From positions 1,922,001-1,986,000 of the forward strand of contig JANHCV010000006.1 in assembly GCA_025594325.1 (NCBI GenBank): DNA of 64,000 bases, read 5' to 3'. The position numbers were made by a program, and so were the translations under genes. The notes beneath the pieces were generated by a model. It saw only the letters and a list, made by a program, of their open reading frames with translations. It made no database searches and was not told the origin of the DNA. Numbering within the stretch: position 1 is the stretch's first letter; the number at the start of each line of letters is the position of its first letter. The DNA comes from Blastocladiella emersonii ATCC 22665. Its lineage: Eukaryota > Fungi > Blastocladiomycota. Below are positions 50,019 through 60,711 of this stretch, in pieces.

Positions 50019-51557
50019 TTACTTGGTCCGGGTCAGGACCTTCTCGGTGAGCTGGACGAGGGCGTCGCGGGCGGGCGACGGTGGCCACGCGCCGAGGGCG
50101 GCCGCGGCCGTCTGCGCGTGCACGGCGGCCCAGTCGCGCGTCTTGACGAGCCCCTGGCTCGCGTGGACGAGGTCAAAGGCGAGCGCCGCGTCGTCGGGCT
50201 CCGAGAAGCGGCGGTCGATGAGCGGCTGCAGCTCCGGGTACTCTTGCGCGGCGAACAGGACGGGCGCGGTGGCGAGGCCGAGCTTGAGGTCGGCGCCGCC
50301 CGCGGGCTTGCCGAAGGTGACGGCGGACCCGGTGAAGTCGAGCAGGTCGTCGACGAGCTGGAACGCGAGCCCGAGGTGCTTGCCGTACGTGTAGGCCACG
50401 TCGGCGACGGCAGGTGGCGCGCCGCCGAGCACGGTCGCGGCGCGGCACGACTTGGCGATGAGGGCGGCTGTCTTGAGGTACGTCTTCTCCATGTAGTGGT
50501 CAAACGCCGGGGACGGGTTCGGGACGGCCGAGGGCGACTGCCACGAGGGCGTTGGCCCGGACCCGGTGTTGCGCAGCTGCATGACCTCGCCCTCGACGAG
50601 GTCAGCGATGACGGTGGCGAGCAGCTCGACGACCTCGCAGTGGCGCAGGCGGGCGAGGGAGAGCGAGGCGCGGGCGAGCAGGTAGTCGCCGGCGAGAATC
50701 GCCATCTTGTTGCCGTGCTCGGCGTTGACCGAGGGAACGCCACGGCGCGTGGCGGCCGCGTCGATGACGTCGTCGTGCAGCAGCGAGGCGGTGTGGATCA
50801 TCTCGGTGATTTCGGCGAGGCGGCGCTGCGTCGGCAGGATGCCGGACGCGCTCACGTCGTAGGCGGTGGCGGAGAACCCGCGGGTCACGTCGTCGTGGGC
50901 GAGGACGGGGCTGATGGGGGTGTCCATGTAGGCGAACGAGCCCGTGTGCGGCTGGCGGGCGGCGGCGTCGACGGGAACGACTGAGGGCGCGGGGGCGGCG
51001 GTCCCTGGTGGGTGGGCGGTGCGGGCGGCGAGCGAGATGAGGAGGACGAGCAGCGGGCGGATGTGCTTGCCGTTCTGGTTGAAGTAGTAGTGCGACATGC
51101 GGCGCAGCACTTCGCTGTCGGTGGTGAGCAGCTTCTGGACGTTGGCGGTGAGCGAGGCCATGTCCTGGCCGAGGATCTCCATGGGGTCGACGAGCTTGCC
51201 GCCGGGCGGGACGACGAGCTTCTCGGCGTGCGCAAGCGTCTGGTTCCACGACGCCTGCGCGGATAGTGGTGGCAAGGCGGCCGCGGCCTGCGCGGAGCCG
51301 CTCGCGGCAGACAGCGAGCCGAAGAGGCGGGACAGCGACGCCGCGGCCGCGCCCACCCAGCTTGCCGAAGGAGCAGCAGTCGCCGGTGCCGGCGTCGCAG
51401 CAGCCGTGGCGGCAGGACCGGCCGCGGTCGACTTGGCCGCCGAGGGAGCGACGGCGGTCGAGCGGGACCGCGCGCCCGTGGCAGCGAGCGCAGGGACGAG
51501 GCGGCGGCCCGCCACGCGCCGCGCGGCGAGGGCCGGGCGGATCGAGTTGGCCAGCAT
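50019..51557 (-). CDS. COQ1: Long-chain trans-polyprenyl diphosphate synthase (Coq1)
   Basis: Mitochondrial presequence, GKHIRP, both Asp-rich motifs (LLHDDVID, LVDDLLD), RRG and YLKTA; single exon. Confidence 0.93.
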   Translation of the reverse strand: MLANSIRPALAARRVAGRRLVPALAATGARSRSTAVAPSAAKSTAAGPAATAAATPAPATAAPSASWVGAAAASLSRLFGSLSAASGSAQAAAALPPLSAQASWNQTLAHAEKLVVPPGGKLVDPMEILGQDMASLTANVQKLLTTDSEVLRRMSHYYFNQNGKHIRPLLVLLISLAARTAHPPGTAAPAPSVVPVDAAARQPHTGSFAYMDTPISPVLAHDDVTRGFSATAYDVSASGILPTQRRLAEITEMIHTASLLHDDVIDAAATRRGVPSVNAEHGNKMAILAGDYLLARASLSLARLRHCEVVELLATVIADLVEGEVMQLRNTGSGPTPSWQSPSAVPNPSPAFDHYMEKTYLKTAALIAKSCRAATVLGGAPPAVADVAYTYGKHLGLAFQLVDDLLDFTGSAVTFGKPAGGADLKLGLATAPVLFAAQEYPELQPLIDRRFSEPDDAALAFDLVHASQGLVKTRDWAAVHAQTAAAALGAWPPSPARDALVQLTEKVLTRTK

Positions 51558-52115
51558 GGTGCGTGATGTTCTCGCGGGCAGATCGCAGGGGGTTCCGAGC
51601 GGACGCAGGAGTCGATGCGTGGAGATCGGGGCAGCAGCGCGGGCGCCTCGAGCGATGGTGCAGCTTCGTTGCAAGTACGTGGTGGTCGGGAGAGAGCCAG
51701 GGACTGGGGCGGCGGCCAGCTGGCTGACGAGAGGAGTGGTGGCCGAGCAGGTGGCCGAGCCGCGATGGAAACTTGTTGTATCACGCGAGATCAGCCGCCG
51801 CCCGCCGCCCGATGAACAACGCGTTTCGGGCCACGCCCGGCCCCGGACCGCGAGGGTTGCTCGCAGCGCGCACTCAATTGCATCATTGCGCGCGGCCGAG
51901 GATATCCGTGCTCTGCTGCGACCGTTGGCGGCCCGAAAGCGTTTGGCTCTGGTGGTCAGTGTGGCCGCGCGGCACGTGGCCGCTGCGAGACTCGCTGCGA
52001 GACACGGCTCGCGACGCGTCGCGCCACGCGTTCCCCGCCCACTCTCGACACCGCGCCGCTCCCCCCACTCGACCTCGACCCCGTTGACCCGTTGACTCGT
52101 TTCACGCCCGTGATC

Positions 52116-54044
52116 ATGCTCTCGAGCGCCGTGCCCGCCATGTACCAACCGCCACCGCAGCAGCGCGCTTCGCAGCCCGACCTGACGCGGCTGCCGTCGC
52201 TTCCCGCCGACGCGCCGCAGCCCACTCCGCCGCCCGACTACCCGTCGCTGTCGCGCGGAACCCCAAAGTCCGTCGACCTGCTCACGGGCCCGGGCAAGCT
52301 GCGCGGCTTCTTCCACGCCGTCCGCCAGGATGTGCCCGAGCACGCCGCGGGTCGCCGCCTGCACAATGCCCAGGCCCACCCGTTCGGCATGTCGGGCCCG
52401 CTCCCGCCTCCCTCCTCGACGACGTCCAACGGCGATGCGGGACCTGGGGGAGGGAGCGGCGTCCCCGCGCTGCCGTCGATCCACCAAAAGTACGAGCGGA
52501 TGCTGGGCAAGAAGCCCGGGTCGCCGCGGGCCGCCACGCGCGGAAACGGCACTGCGACGGGCAGCTCAGGCGATCTCACCGACGACCGCGCGGCCGACAC
52601 GCGCAAGTCGACGTCGTCGCTTTCGCCGAGCAAGCGCGCCAACTCGTCGGGCATCCCCGTCCCGCGCTCGCGCACCGTCCCGATGCGCACCGCGTCCTCG
52701 ACCGTGCACCAGGCCGTCCACGCTGCTGGCGCCGCCGCGTCGGCAAAAAGTCCGTCCGCGCGTCGCTCGCTGCCGCCTGGCCGCAGCAGCCGGAACGGCA
52801 GCGTCGCGGGCAGCACCACGAGCCTGATCCCCGGCCCCAACACGGCCGCGCGACGGACTGCGCCGCCGCACCCGCATCATCGCGGTCCTCCGCCGCCGCT
52901 ACCGCTCCAGCAGCAGCAGCCGGACCCCGTCTCGGCCGCGGCGTACCGCGCCATGGGCTACGTGACCTCGGCTCCGCCGTGGGACGCGGCCAACGCGCAA
53001 ATGTACGCCGCCGCCGTCGCTGGCCAGTACCCGTCGTCGTCACCGCAGTCGCAGATGGCCATGCCGCCGTGGACGGGGTACCCGCCGCCGCCGAACCAGC
53101 AGATACTGCAGCATCAGCAGACGTCGATGCTTCCCTTGTATCCGCAGCCGCCGCCGACCGGCATCCCCATGGCCCCGTCGGCCGCGGCCAAGATCCAGTC
53201 GGCGCGGTTGCGCCAGCAGCAGATGCACCAGTCGCGCGCCGCCTCGCTCGCGTCGCTCGCTCCCGCGCCCAACGACGGCCAGCAGCCGTTCTGGCAGCAG
53301 CAACAGCCGCAGCCCGTCCAGTACGCGCCGTGGCCGCCGCAACAGCAACAACAACAACAACAACCGCAGCAGTGGCAGAACATGGCCGCCGCCGGCCAGG
53401 GCCAGCCGTACCAACATCAGCAGCAGCCGCAGTACTACCCTCCTCAACTGCAACAACCACCGCCGCCGGCTGTCGCGCACCTTGCACCATCACGGCCGCC
53501 AGTTTCGACGAGTGCTGCCGCCGCGCCATCGCTGAAACCTGCTGCCGCCAAGAAGGCGCCCGAGCCGCGGCCGCAGCCTCTGAAGCAGAAATCGGCCAAG
53601 ACCGCTGCGCCGCCGCCGTCTAACTCGACGTCGCCTGCGCCCAAGGCCCGCGAGACACCCGCTCCCGCTGCTGCTGCACCTTCGAAACCAGCGCCGCCGC
53701 CGCAAGAGCCAGTCGAGCCCGCCGCTGCGCCTACGCCGACGCCGAAACCGCCGCGCAAGAAGCCCGCGGCGACGACGGCGGCCGACGAGAAACCGCTCCC
53801 TCGCCCGCTCGCCGAGATCCCTGCGAACGCGACGATCCCGCCCGACCTCGCGGCCGCGGACCCGAACCCGTCGCTCGTGCCGTGCGGCCAGTGCGGGCGC
53901 AAGTTTGCCGCCGACCGGCTCGCCAAGCACGAACCGATCTGCGCGACGGCGGCCGCGGGCAAGGAGCGCCGCGGGACCATGGACATGGCCGAGATGCGGC
54001 GCGCGGCCATCGTGAGGGAGAACTCGCCCGAGAAGCGGCACTGA
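52116..54044 (+). CDS. Pro/Gln-rich protein with one C-terminal C2HC zinc finger (ZC2HC1-like)
   Basis: LVPCGQCGRKFAADRLAKHEPIC near the C-terminus; the rest is low complexity. The start codon is uncertain. Confidence 0.7.
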   Translation: MLSSAVPAMYQPPPQQRASQPDLTRLPSLPADAPQPTPPPDYPSLSRGTPKSVDLLTGPGKLRGFFHAVRQDVPEHAAGRRLHNAQAHPFGMSGPLPPPSSTTSNGDAGPGGGSGVPALPSIHQKYERMLGKKPGSPRAATRGNGTATGSSGDLTDDRAADTRKSTSSLSPSKRANSSGIPVPRSRTVPMRTASSTVHQAVHAAGAAASAKSPSARRSLPPGRSSRNGSVAGSTTSLIPGPNTAARRTAPPHPHHRGPPPPLPLQQQQPDPVSAAAYRAMGYVTSAPPWDAANAQMYAAAVAGQYPSSSPQSQMAMPPWTGYPPPPNQQILQHQQTSMLPLYPQPPPTGIPMAPSAAAKIQSARLRQQQMHQSRAASLASLAPAPNDGQQPFWQQQQPQPVQYAPWPPQQQQQQQQPQQWQNMAAAGQGQPYQHQQQPQYYPPQLQQPPPPAVAHLAPSRPPVSTSAAAAPSLKPAAAKKAPEPRPQPLKQKSAKTAAPPPSNSTSPAPKARETPAPAAAAPSKPAPPPQEPVEPAAAPTPTPKPPRKKPAATTAADEKPLPRPLAEIPANATIPPDLAAADPNPSLVPCGQCGRKFAADRLAKHEPICATAAAGKERRGTMDMAEMRRAAIVRENSPEKRH

Positions 54045-54161
54045 CTGAGCGAGAGTCGAGAGAGGCAGGCAGACAGAGACGGAGAAGATTTTTGAATAGA
54101 AGTGACGATCGTGTACATGTGTATTGTGTGAGAATCCAAAAACTCGGGGAGCAAAAGCTGC

Positions 54162-57100
54162 TTAGAGCGAGGCAACGACGCGGGAGCCAGCGGCGTCGAC
54201 GAGGTCGACCCACTTCTCGCCGTCGTAGATCTGGCGGAGGAAGTCGGACGAGCCCTCGCCCATGGCGCCGACGGCGCCGGGGATGCCGGCCTTGCGCACG
54301 TCCTCGCTGGTGAGCGCGAGCTTGTACGCGTCGACGGCGGCGGCGCCCGTGAGCTCCTTCTCCTTGCCGGCGCCCGTGCGCACCTTGACGACGCTCGGGA
54401 CCTGGATCGCCTCCTCGAACGACATCCAGATGCCGGTCGTGACCGAGATGGCAATCACCTCGAACGACGTCTCGCACGAGATCACGTCCCACGAGCCGGG
54501 AACCGTGGTCGGCTTGGGCGCGGCCGTCGAGGTCGAGGTGCAGGGGGTCGAGGTCGAGGTCGAGGTCGAGGTCGGCTTCTGGCAGTCAATGCCGTTGCAC
54601 GTCTTGGTCGAGGTGGTCGACGAGGTCGTGGTGGTGGCGGGGACCGACGTGGGCACCTCGGTGGCGGTCTTGGTCGACGTGGTGGTCGACGACGGCGTCT
54701 GGCAGTCGATACCGTTGCAGGTCTTGGTCGAGGTCGACGCGGTCGAAGTCGAGGCGGACGTGGTCACGGCAGTCGAGGTCGAGGTCGAGGCCGAGGTGGT
54801 GACGGTGACCGACGTCGAGACCTCAGTGGCGGTCGACGACGTGGGCTTGGGCTGCTCGGGCTCCTTGCCGGTGTTGGTGGTGCACGGGGTCGACGACGAC
54901 GCGGGCACGGGCGTGGCGGTGGTCGAGGTGACGGGGCAGTCGTAGCCGACGCACGCCGTCGAGGTCGGGACCGTGGTCTCGGACGCGGGCTTGGTCTCGG
55001 TGCTGGTGCAGGGCGTGGTGGTCGGGACGGGCGCGGGCGTGGTGCAGTCGTAGCCGTTGCAGCCGGGCGTCGTGGTCGGGACGGTCGTCTCGGTCGCGGG
55101 CTTGGTCTCGGTGCAGGGCGTAGAAGTCTCGGCGGGGACGGTCGGGACCTCGGTGGCGGTCTTGGTGCACGGGGTGGTCGAGGGAACCGGGGCGGGCGTG
55201 GTGCAGTCGTAACCGTTGCAGCCGGGGGTGGTGGTCGGGACCGTGGTCTCGGTGGCCGGCTTGGTCTCGGTGCAGGGCGTCGAGGTCGGGACGGGCGCCA
55301 CGGGCGTGGTGCAGTCGTAGCCGTTGCAGCCGGGCGTCGTCGTGGGGACGGTGGTCTCGGTGGCGGGCTTGGTCTCGGTGCAGGGGGTGGTGGTCGGGAC
55401 CGGGGTCTCGGTGCACGGCGTCGACTTCTCGGCGGGGACGGTCGGGACCTCGGTGGCGGTCTTGGTCGTCTCGGTGCAGGGCACGGTCGGGACGGGCGTC
55501 GGCTCCTTGGGGACCTCGGTGGCGGTGCCGGGCGTCGGCGTGCAGTCGTAGCCGTTGCACGGGGTGGTGGTCGGGACGGGGGTCTCGGTGCAGGGCGTGG
55601 TGACGGGGACCGGGGTCTCGGTGCACGGCGTGGTGGTCTCGGCCGGGACCGTGGGCACCTCGGTGGCGGTGGCGGGCTTGGTCTCGGTGCAGGGCACGGT
55701 CGGGACGGGCGTGGGCTCCTTGGGGACCTCGGTGGCGGTGCCGGGCGTCGGAGTGCAGTCGTAGCCGTTGCACGGGGTGGTGGTGGGCTTGGGCTGCTCG
55801 GGGACGGTGGCGGGGACGGTGGCGGGGACGGTCGGGACCTCGGTGGCGGTGCCGGGGATGGTCTCGGTGCAGGGCACGGTGATGGTCGGGATCTCGGTGT
55901 CGACGGGCACGGTGGTGGTCGGCTTGGGCTTGCACACGGTGCAGGTGGTCTTCTTGGGCGGGGGAGGGAGCGGGGTCTCCTCCTCGCACGGCACCGTGAC
56001 GGTGGGCACCTCGGTTTCGACGGGGACGGTCGGCGTGGGCTTGGGCTTGCACACGGTGCACGGCGTCTTGGTCGGGACCGAGGTGGTCGGGACGGCGGTG
56101 TCGACGGGCGGTGGGGGCACGACCGTGGTGGCGGGCGGCGTGTACGTGTCGACGGGCGGCGGGGGCACGACCGTGGTGGCGGGCGGCGTGTACGTGTCGA
56201 CGGGAGGAGGAGGCACGACGGTGGTCTTGGGCGGCGTGTACGTGTCGACGGGCGGCGGGGGAACGACGGTGGTCTTGGGCGGGCAGTCGGGGCCGGGGCA
56301 CACCGGGGTGGTGGGCTTGGGCTGCTCGGGCTCCTTGGGCGGCACGCAGTCGGGGCCGTCGCACGGCACGGTGGGCACGGGCTTGGGCACGCAGTCCTTG
56401 CCGTCGCACGGGACGGTCGGGACGGGCTTGGGCACGCAGTCCTTGCCGTCGCAGGGCACCGTGGGCTTGGGGGCCGGGGCGGTGCAGGAGGTGCACGGCT
56501 TGCGGGTGCGGCACTTCTTGTGCTTCTTGGTCTTGGTGACGGGCGCCGTGGTCGGGACCTCGGTGGCGGTCTTGACGGGGGTGCCGGTGCACGGGGTGGT
56601 GGTGGCGGGGACGGTGGACGAGGCGGGGACGGTCGGGTAGCCGGTCGGGGTGGCCTTGCCCGTGGACGACGAGATGACGGTGCCGGTGGCGGTCGAGGAG
56701 GCGGGGACGGGGGTCGACGAGGTGGCGGGCGGCTTGGGCACGGCGGTGGTCGGGGGCGGGGTGGGCTTGGGGGTGTAGGCCTCGTTGCGCTTGCGGAGGA
56801 GCGGCGAGTTCTTGAGCGACTTGTTCTCGTACTTGCACTTGCGCACGGTGACGAGGGTGAAGGACTTGTAGGTGACCGAGGCGGAGAAGGACAGCTTGGT
56901 CTTGATGAAGTCGGACTGGGCCGTGACGCCGCCGAGCTGCTTGGCGATGGGCGAGCCCTTGGACTTGAGGAAGGACACGGCCTTGCTGCTGAAGTCGTCG
57001 ATGTCGGAGCAGCACTTGCCCTCCTTCTCGCAGGTGGACAGGCAGCTGCAGGCGAGCGCGCTGGAGCGGCCGGGCGCGAGCGTGTCGGCGCAGGACATGG

Positions 57101-57281
57101 CCATGCCGGCCGACGCTACGAAGGGACGAGCGAGGGGGATCCGAGTCAGCGCGATGATCGGCGAGGGCGAGGGCGGGCGGCGAGAGCGCCGAGCGCGCGA
57201 GAAGAACGCACCGTCGAGCGGGGCGGCGTTGACCGAGGGGGCCAGGTAGGCCATGACGGCGATGAGGGTAAGCAGCTGCAT
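54162..57281 (-). CDS. Secreted Cys/Thr/Pro-rich mucin/adhesin-like protein with a somatomedin-B-like N-terminal domain
   Basis: Signal peptide MQLLTLIAVMAYLAPSVNA, an in-frame 96-bp intron at 57116-57211, CxCx3Cx5CCxD, an LRKR dibasic site, long internal repeats and a ~110-aa non-repetitive C-terminal domain. No GPI signal is evident. Confidence 0.85.
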   Translation of the reverse strand: MQLLTLIAVMAYLAPSVNAAPLDGAFFSRARRSRRPPSPSPIIALTRIPLARPFVASAGMAMSCADTLAPGRSSALACSCLSTCEKEGKCCSDIDDFSSKAVSFLKSKGSPIAKQLGGVTAQSDFIKTKLSFSASVTYKSFTLVTVRKCKYENKSLKNSPLLRKRNEAYTPKPTPPPTTAVPKPPATSSTPVPASSTATGTVISSSTGKATPTGYPTVPASSTVPATTTPCTGTPVKTATEVPTTAPVTKTKKHKKCRTRKPCTSCTAPAPKPTVPCDGKDCVPKPVPTVPCDGKDCVPKPVPTVPCDGPDCVPPKEPEQPKPTTPVCPGPDCPPKTTVVPPPPVDTYTPPKTTVVPPPPVDTYTPPATTVVPPPPVDTYTPPATTVVPPPPVDTAVPTTSVPTKTPCTVCKPKPTPTVPVETEVPTVTVPCEEETPLPPPPKKTTCTVCKPKPTTTVPVDTEIPTITVPCTETIPGTATEVPTVPATVPATVPEQPKPTTTPCNGYDCTPTPGTATEVPKEPTPVPTVPCTETKPATATEVPTVPAETTTPCTETPVPVTTPCTETPVPTTTPCNGYDCTPTPGTATEVPKEPTPVPTVPCTETTKTATEVPTVPAEKSTPCTETPVPTTTPCTETKPATETTVPTTTPGCNGYDCTTPVAPVPTSTPCTETKPATETTVPTTTPGCNGYDCTTPAPVPSTTPCTKTATEVPTVPAETSTPCTETKPATETTVPTTTPGCNGYDCTTPAPVPTTTPCTSTETKPASETTVPTSTACVGYDCPVTSTTATPVPASSSTPCTTNTGKEPEQPKPTSSTATEVSTSVTVTTSASTSTSTAVTTSASTSTASTSTKTCNGIDCQTPSSTTTSTKTATEVPTSVPATTTTSSTTSTKTCNGIDCQKPTSTSTSTSTPCTSTSTAAPKPTTVPGSWDVISCETSFEVIAISVTTGIWMSFEEAIQVPSVVKVRTGAGKEKELTGAAAVDAYKLALTSEDVRKAGIPGAVGAMGEGSSDFLRQIYDGEKWVDLVDAAGSRVVASL
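54560..56460 (-). repeat. Internal coding repeats of the mucin: 48-bp TTVVPPPPVDTYTPP(K/A) units and 12 C-x-G-x-D-C units
   Basis: Counted in the translation: CDGKDC x2, CDGPDC, CPGPDC, CNGYDC x5, CVGYDC, CNGIDC x2. Confidence 0.9.
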
Positions 57282-57498
57282 CTTGGTGTAGGAGGGGTGG
57301 TGGTGGTCGGGCGTGTAGTGTAGCGTCGCGAGGAGGTGGTGGTGGAGGGGTTGGTCGTCACGGACAGCGAGCGATCCAGTCTATGGGGAGGAAGTATGGA
57401 CAAGAGGAGGGGAGGGAGGGATGTCGATCGTCTATAGAATCTCACAGGTCCGTGGAACGACTGGCAAGGGAGATAGGAGGGCCGGGGCGCGCGCCGTC

Positions 57499-57504
57499 TT
57501 TATA
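57499..57504 (-). promoter_or_regulatory. Candidate TATA box (TATAAA) about 220 bp upstream of the mucin ATG
   Basis: Plus-strand TTTATA in an otherwise very GC-rich region. Support is positional only. Confidence 0.4.
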
Positions 57505-59235
57505 CAGGCGAGCGCGGTGGCGGCGCGAGGACGGAGGCGGCGACGCGTCGTCGCGATCCGCAGCAGCGGGCGGGCGGGCGACCAGAATGGGGCCGAGGGC
57601 GAAACATGGCGGCGGCCGCAGCGGTTGCGGGCAGTGACGCCCTTGCATTGAGTTGCATGATGTTTCTGCGCGGGGGCGGCGGGAGAGAGCGAGGAGTGCG
57701 GGCAGGAGCGGCGCTGTGGCGCCCACTCGGCCGCGGCGACGCGTCAGCAAGCCACGCGTGACGCGGCCCGTCCTGCAGTCCTGCACCGCGACCTGCACCG
57801 CGACCTGCACGCGGCCGGCCGCAGCAGCAGGATTCGCCCCCGCCGGCACCGGCGACGGTGATGAACGTTCCCGCTAACCACCCCGTGCAATATGGACAGC
57901 GTCGCCGGCCCTGCAGGGCCCGCCGCGTGCGCCACTCGGTCGGCCCTGAGCGCGCCGCGGTGCCCTCGCCATCGTCGAGGTGTTGCCGTCGTGGTGCCGT
58001 CGCGGACCCTGAGGAAGCGCGAGGGAAGTCAACGACGGCGTGAAGCACCACCAAAGTCTCCCGGACATCACGTCGCGTCCATCGCGCTCGCCGTGCGTGC
58101 AGTGCCGATCGCGCCGTGTCTACGCCTCGGCCGCCGCGCCAGCGCCCGCTGCCGCGCCCGATGCGCTGTGGCGGCGACCACGGCAACGTTGCAGCCGTGT
58201 GGCGAGAATGTGTGGCGGACATGCGTAGCGAGCCCTGCAGGATTCCAGCCGTGACCGTGGCCACGCGGTGCCGTCACATTTCTCGCCCGCACGTTCTCCT
58301 GCTGCCCTGGATGAAATGAAATCGATGACCCATCGTCGACGCCGACCGCCACCTCGAGCCGCAGTCGCCATCGAGGCCGTGGTCGCCGCCGCCGACCAGG
58401 CCGCCCGCCGACTTCTCTCTTCTCGCCTTGTCGCATCGTCTTCGTCCATGTATCGTTCGCGGGTTGCGGCTCGGCCTTGACCTTGACGCGTCTTCTGCCC
58501 TGTTCGTCGACGGCGAGCCGAGAACAGTCGTCACGGTCATGATCCGCGATCAGCCTTCCTTGGGCCATCGCGACGACTGCGGCCGCCGAGCCGCTCCCCG
58601 AAGCCGACCGTCTGCTCTCCCCGCGTTGCTACTCTATGCCGTGTCCGCCCTCGGCCGCTCATTCTCGGCATCATCTCGGCCATCATGTGGCCGGCTTTTG
58701 TTGAACGTCCCGACTCAGCGGCCGTTCCTCTTCTCGCCATCCACGGCCACGGCCACGACACGCTCGTCGCATCCTTTTTTGAACTTGAGCGCCTGCCGCC
58801 GCCTTGATTTCGGCCGGATTCTTGTCCATCGCGAGGTGCGCCGCCGAGCGGATCCGCAAGCGTCCGCTGCGACGCCACCTCGCCTCGGATGCTCTCGCAG
58901 TCACCGACGACGCGTCGCGACGTCGCCAAGACGCGGATCTCTCTCATTCTGACTCTCAGCGCCGTGTCGGCCGCCTCAGTCACGCACGTCGTGGCACACC
59001 TCGCGCTTCGAACCAGCGTCAGAACACACGGCGAGCGATCCCATTTGAAGTATATTTTGGTTGGCCGGCCGGTCCATGACTTCGGCGCTGGCGCAAGGCT
59101 TCGGCGTTACTGTAGATACATAGATATAAAAGAGAAGAAGATGGCGATGAAGAAAAGCAAAGCGACACCCAGAAAACTCGTCCCGTTCCCGTTCCCGCGC
59201 TCGCGCGACCCGCGCGGCAGCAGCGACGGCATCGG

Positions 59236-60405
59236 TTACTCGACGCGCGCGCGCTTGGCGGCGGGTTCGGCCGAGACGGCCCTTGGGCGCTCCGCCGACG
59301 CGGACGAGGAGGACGCGCGGCGGTACTGGTCGTCGTCGTCGTCCGAGGACGCGACGTTATCCCCGCTCGACGTGTCGTCGGCCTCGAACTCGTCGCGGCG
59401 GCGGCGGCGGCGGCCGTTGCCCGCGGTGGGCGAGGGCGGTGCGGAGCTGGACGGCGAGCGGATGCGCAGCATCTTGACGCCGGACTTGAAAGCCTGGACG
59501 AACCCCTTGACGTAGTGCGACGACTTGTGCTCCCAGGCGCGGACCGTCTCGCGCCACTCGTCCTTCCACTCGGCGACCTCGGCCTTGATCTCGTCCTTGA
59601 TCTCCTGGACCGACTTTTCGACGGCGAGGCGCTTCTCGGTGAAGAAGCCGATGTTGAGCTCGCGCGGCGACACGCCGCGGGCGAGGTTGCGGCGCAGGTA
59701 CTTGTCGTAGTCGCGCACGATGCGGGTGATCATGTCCGAGGTGGAGACCCCGTCGGTGCGCTTGGTCGGGAGGAAGCGGCCCTGCTGCTTGACAAAGGCG
59801 TACACGTCGGCCACGTCGCCGGCGGCGTAGGGGATGTCGTCGTGGGCGACGTAGTCGATCTGGTGCTTGTCGAGGAACTCCTGGGTCACGATCCACGGCG
59901 CGTCCTCGACCACCTCGTCGACCCACTTGCAGTGCGCGACGCTCGCGTACCGCTCTACGTCGGTCATGACCGTCTTGCCCTTGCGCGCGTGCGTCTCGCG
60001 GTCGCTGCACACGCCGACCAGCAGGTACACGTCGGGGAACGCCTGCTTGGCCTGCTGCAGCGCGCGCGCGTGCCCGTAGTGGAACAGGTCGTAGATGCCG
60101 TCGCAGTAGATGCGCACGGGCCGCCCCGTCGGCGGCGCGTTGATCGAGTACGTGGTCGCCGACACGTCGACCGACGGCGACTGCAGCACCGCGTCGGGGA
60201 TGTGCGGCGTCGATGCGCCCGATGCGGACGCGGACGCCGTGCCGGGAGCGGCTGCAGCGGCGGAAGCAGACGCGGAGGCGGCCGACACGGCCGACGTGTC
60301 GTCGGCGGCGGACATGGCCGACGTGTCGTCGGCGGCGGACATGGCCGAGATCGAGTCGGCCGTCGACAGCGGAGTCTCAGGGCGGGAACTGGATGGCGTT
60401 GACAT
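59236..60405 (-). CDS. PCT1: Choline-phosphate cytidylyltransferase (CCT)
   Basis: [15 protein letters not shown] (HxGH), [16 protein letters not shown] and [14 protein letters not shown]. The N-terminus has a short 27-bp SAMSAADDT duplication. Confidence 0.93.
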   Translation of the reverse strand: MSTPSSSRPETPLSTADSISAMSAADDTSAMSAADDTSAVSAASASASAAAAAPGTASASASGASTPHIPDAVLQSPSVDVSATTYSINAPPTGRPVRIYCDGIYDLFHYGHARALQQAKQAFPDVYLLVGVCSDRETHARKGKTVMTDVERYASVAHCKWVDEVVEDAPWIVTQEFLDKHQIDYVAHDDIPYAAGDVADVYAFVKQQGRFLPTKRTDGVSTSDMITRIVRDYDKYLRRNLARGVSPRELNIGFFTEKRLAVEKSVQEIKDEIKAEVAEWKDEWRETVRAWEHKSSHYVKGFVQAFKSGVKMLRIRSPSSSAPPSPTAGNGRRRRRRDEFEADDTSSGDNVASSDDDDDQYRRASSSSASAERPRAVSAEPAAKRARVE

Positions 60406-60711
60406 GGTTGATGCGTAGCGAATGTTGTGCAAGGAGAGGGAGGGGGAGCGCGAGGTGCCGGATGAGGGGAGGGGAGCGGCGGCGCTGTGCGCGGCCGTGT
60501 GAAAAACCTTGGGCGGCGAATCGCCTTCCCTGCGCGGGCGCCGCCGACTGAAACGGGGGCGTCGTGTCCTCGCGACGCCCACCTCGTCCCTGTGTCCGTT
60601 CCGACTTGGACCCAGCGGCAGAATCTGCGCGCCATGATGTAGTGATGTCACAGGGAATTCGTTGTATTGTATGAGATACAGATGCAATCGACCACGGCGA
60701 GCGACGACAAC

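Noticed and set aside
58068-59079. Several 60-170 aa ORFs between the mucin and Pct1 genes
   Set aside because: They are Arg-rich overlapping frames typical of GC-rich non-coding DNA, with no consistent splice model.
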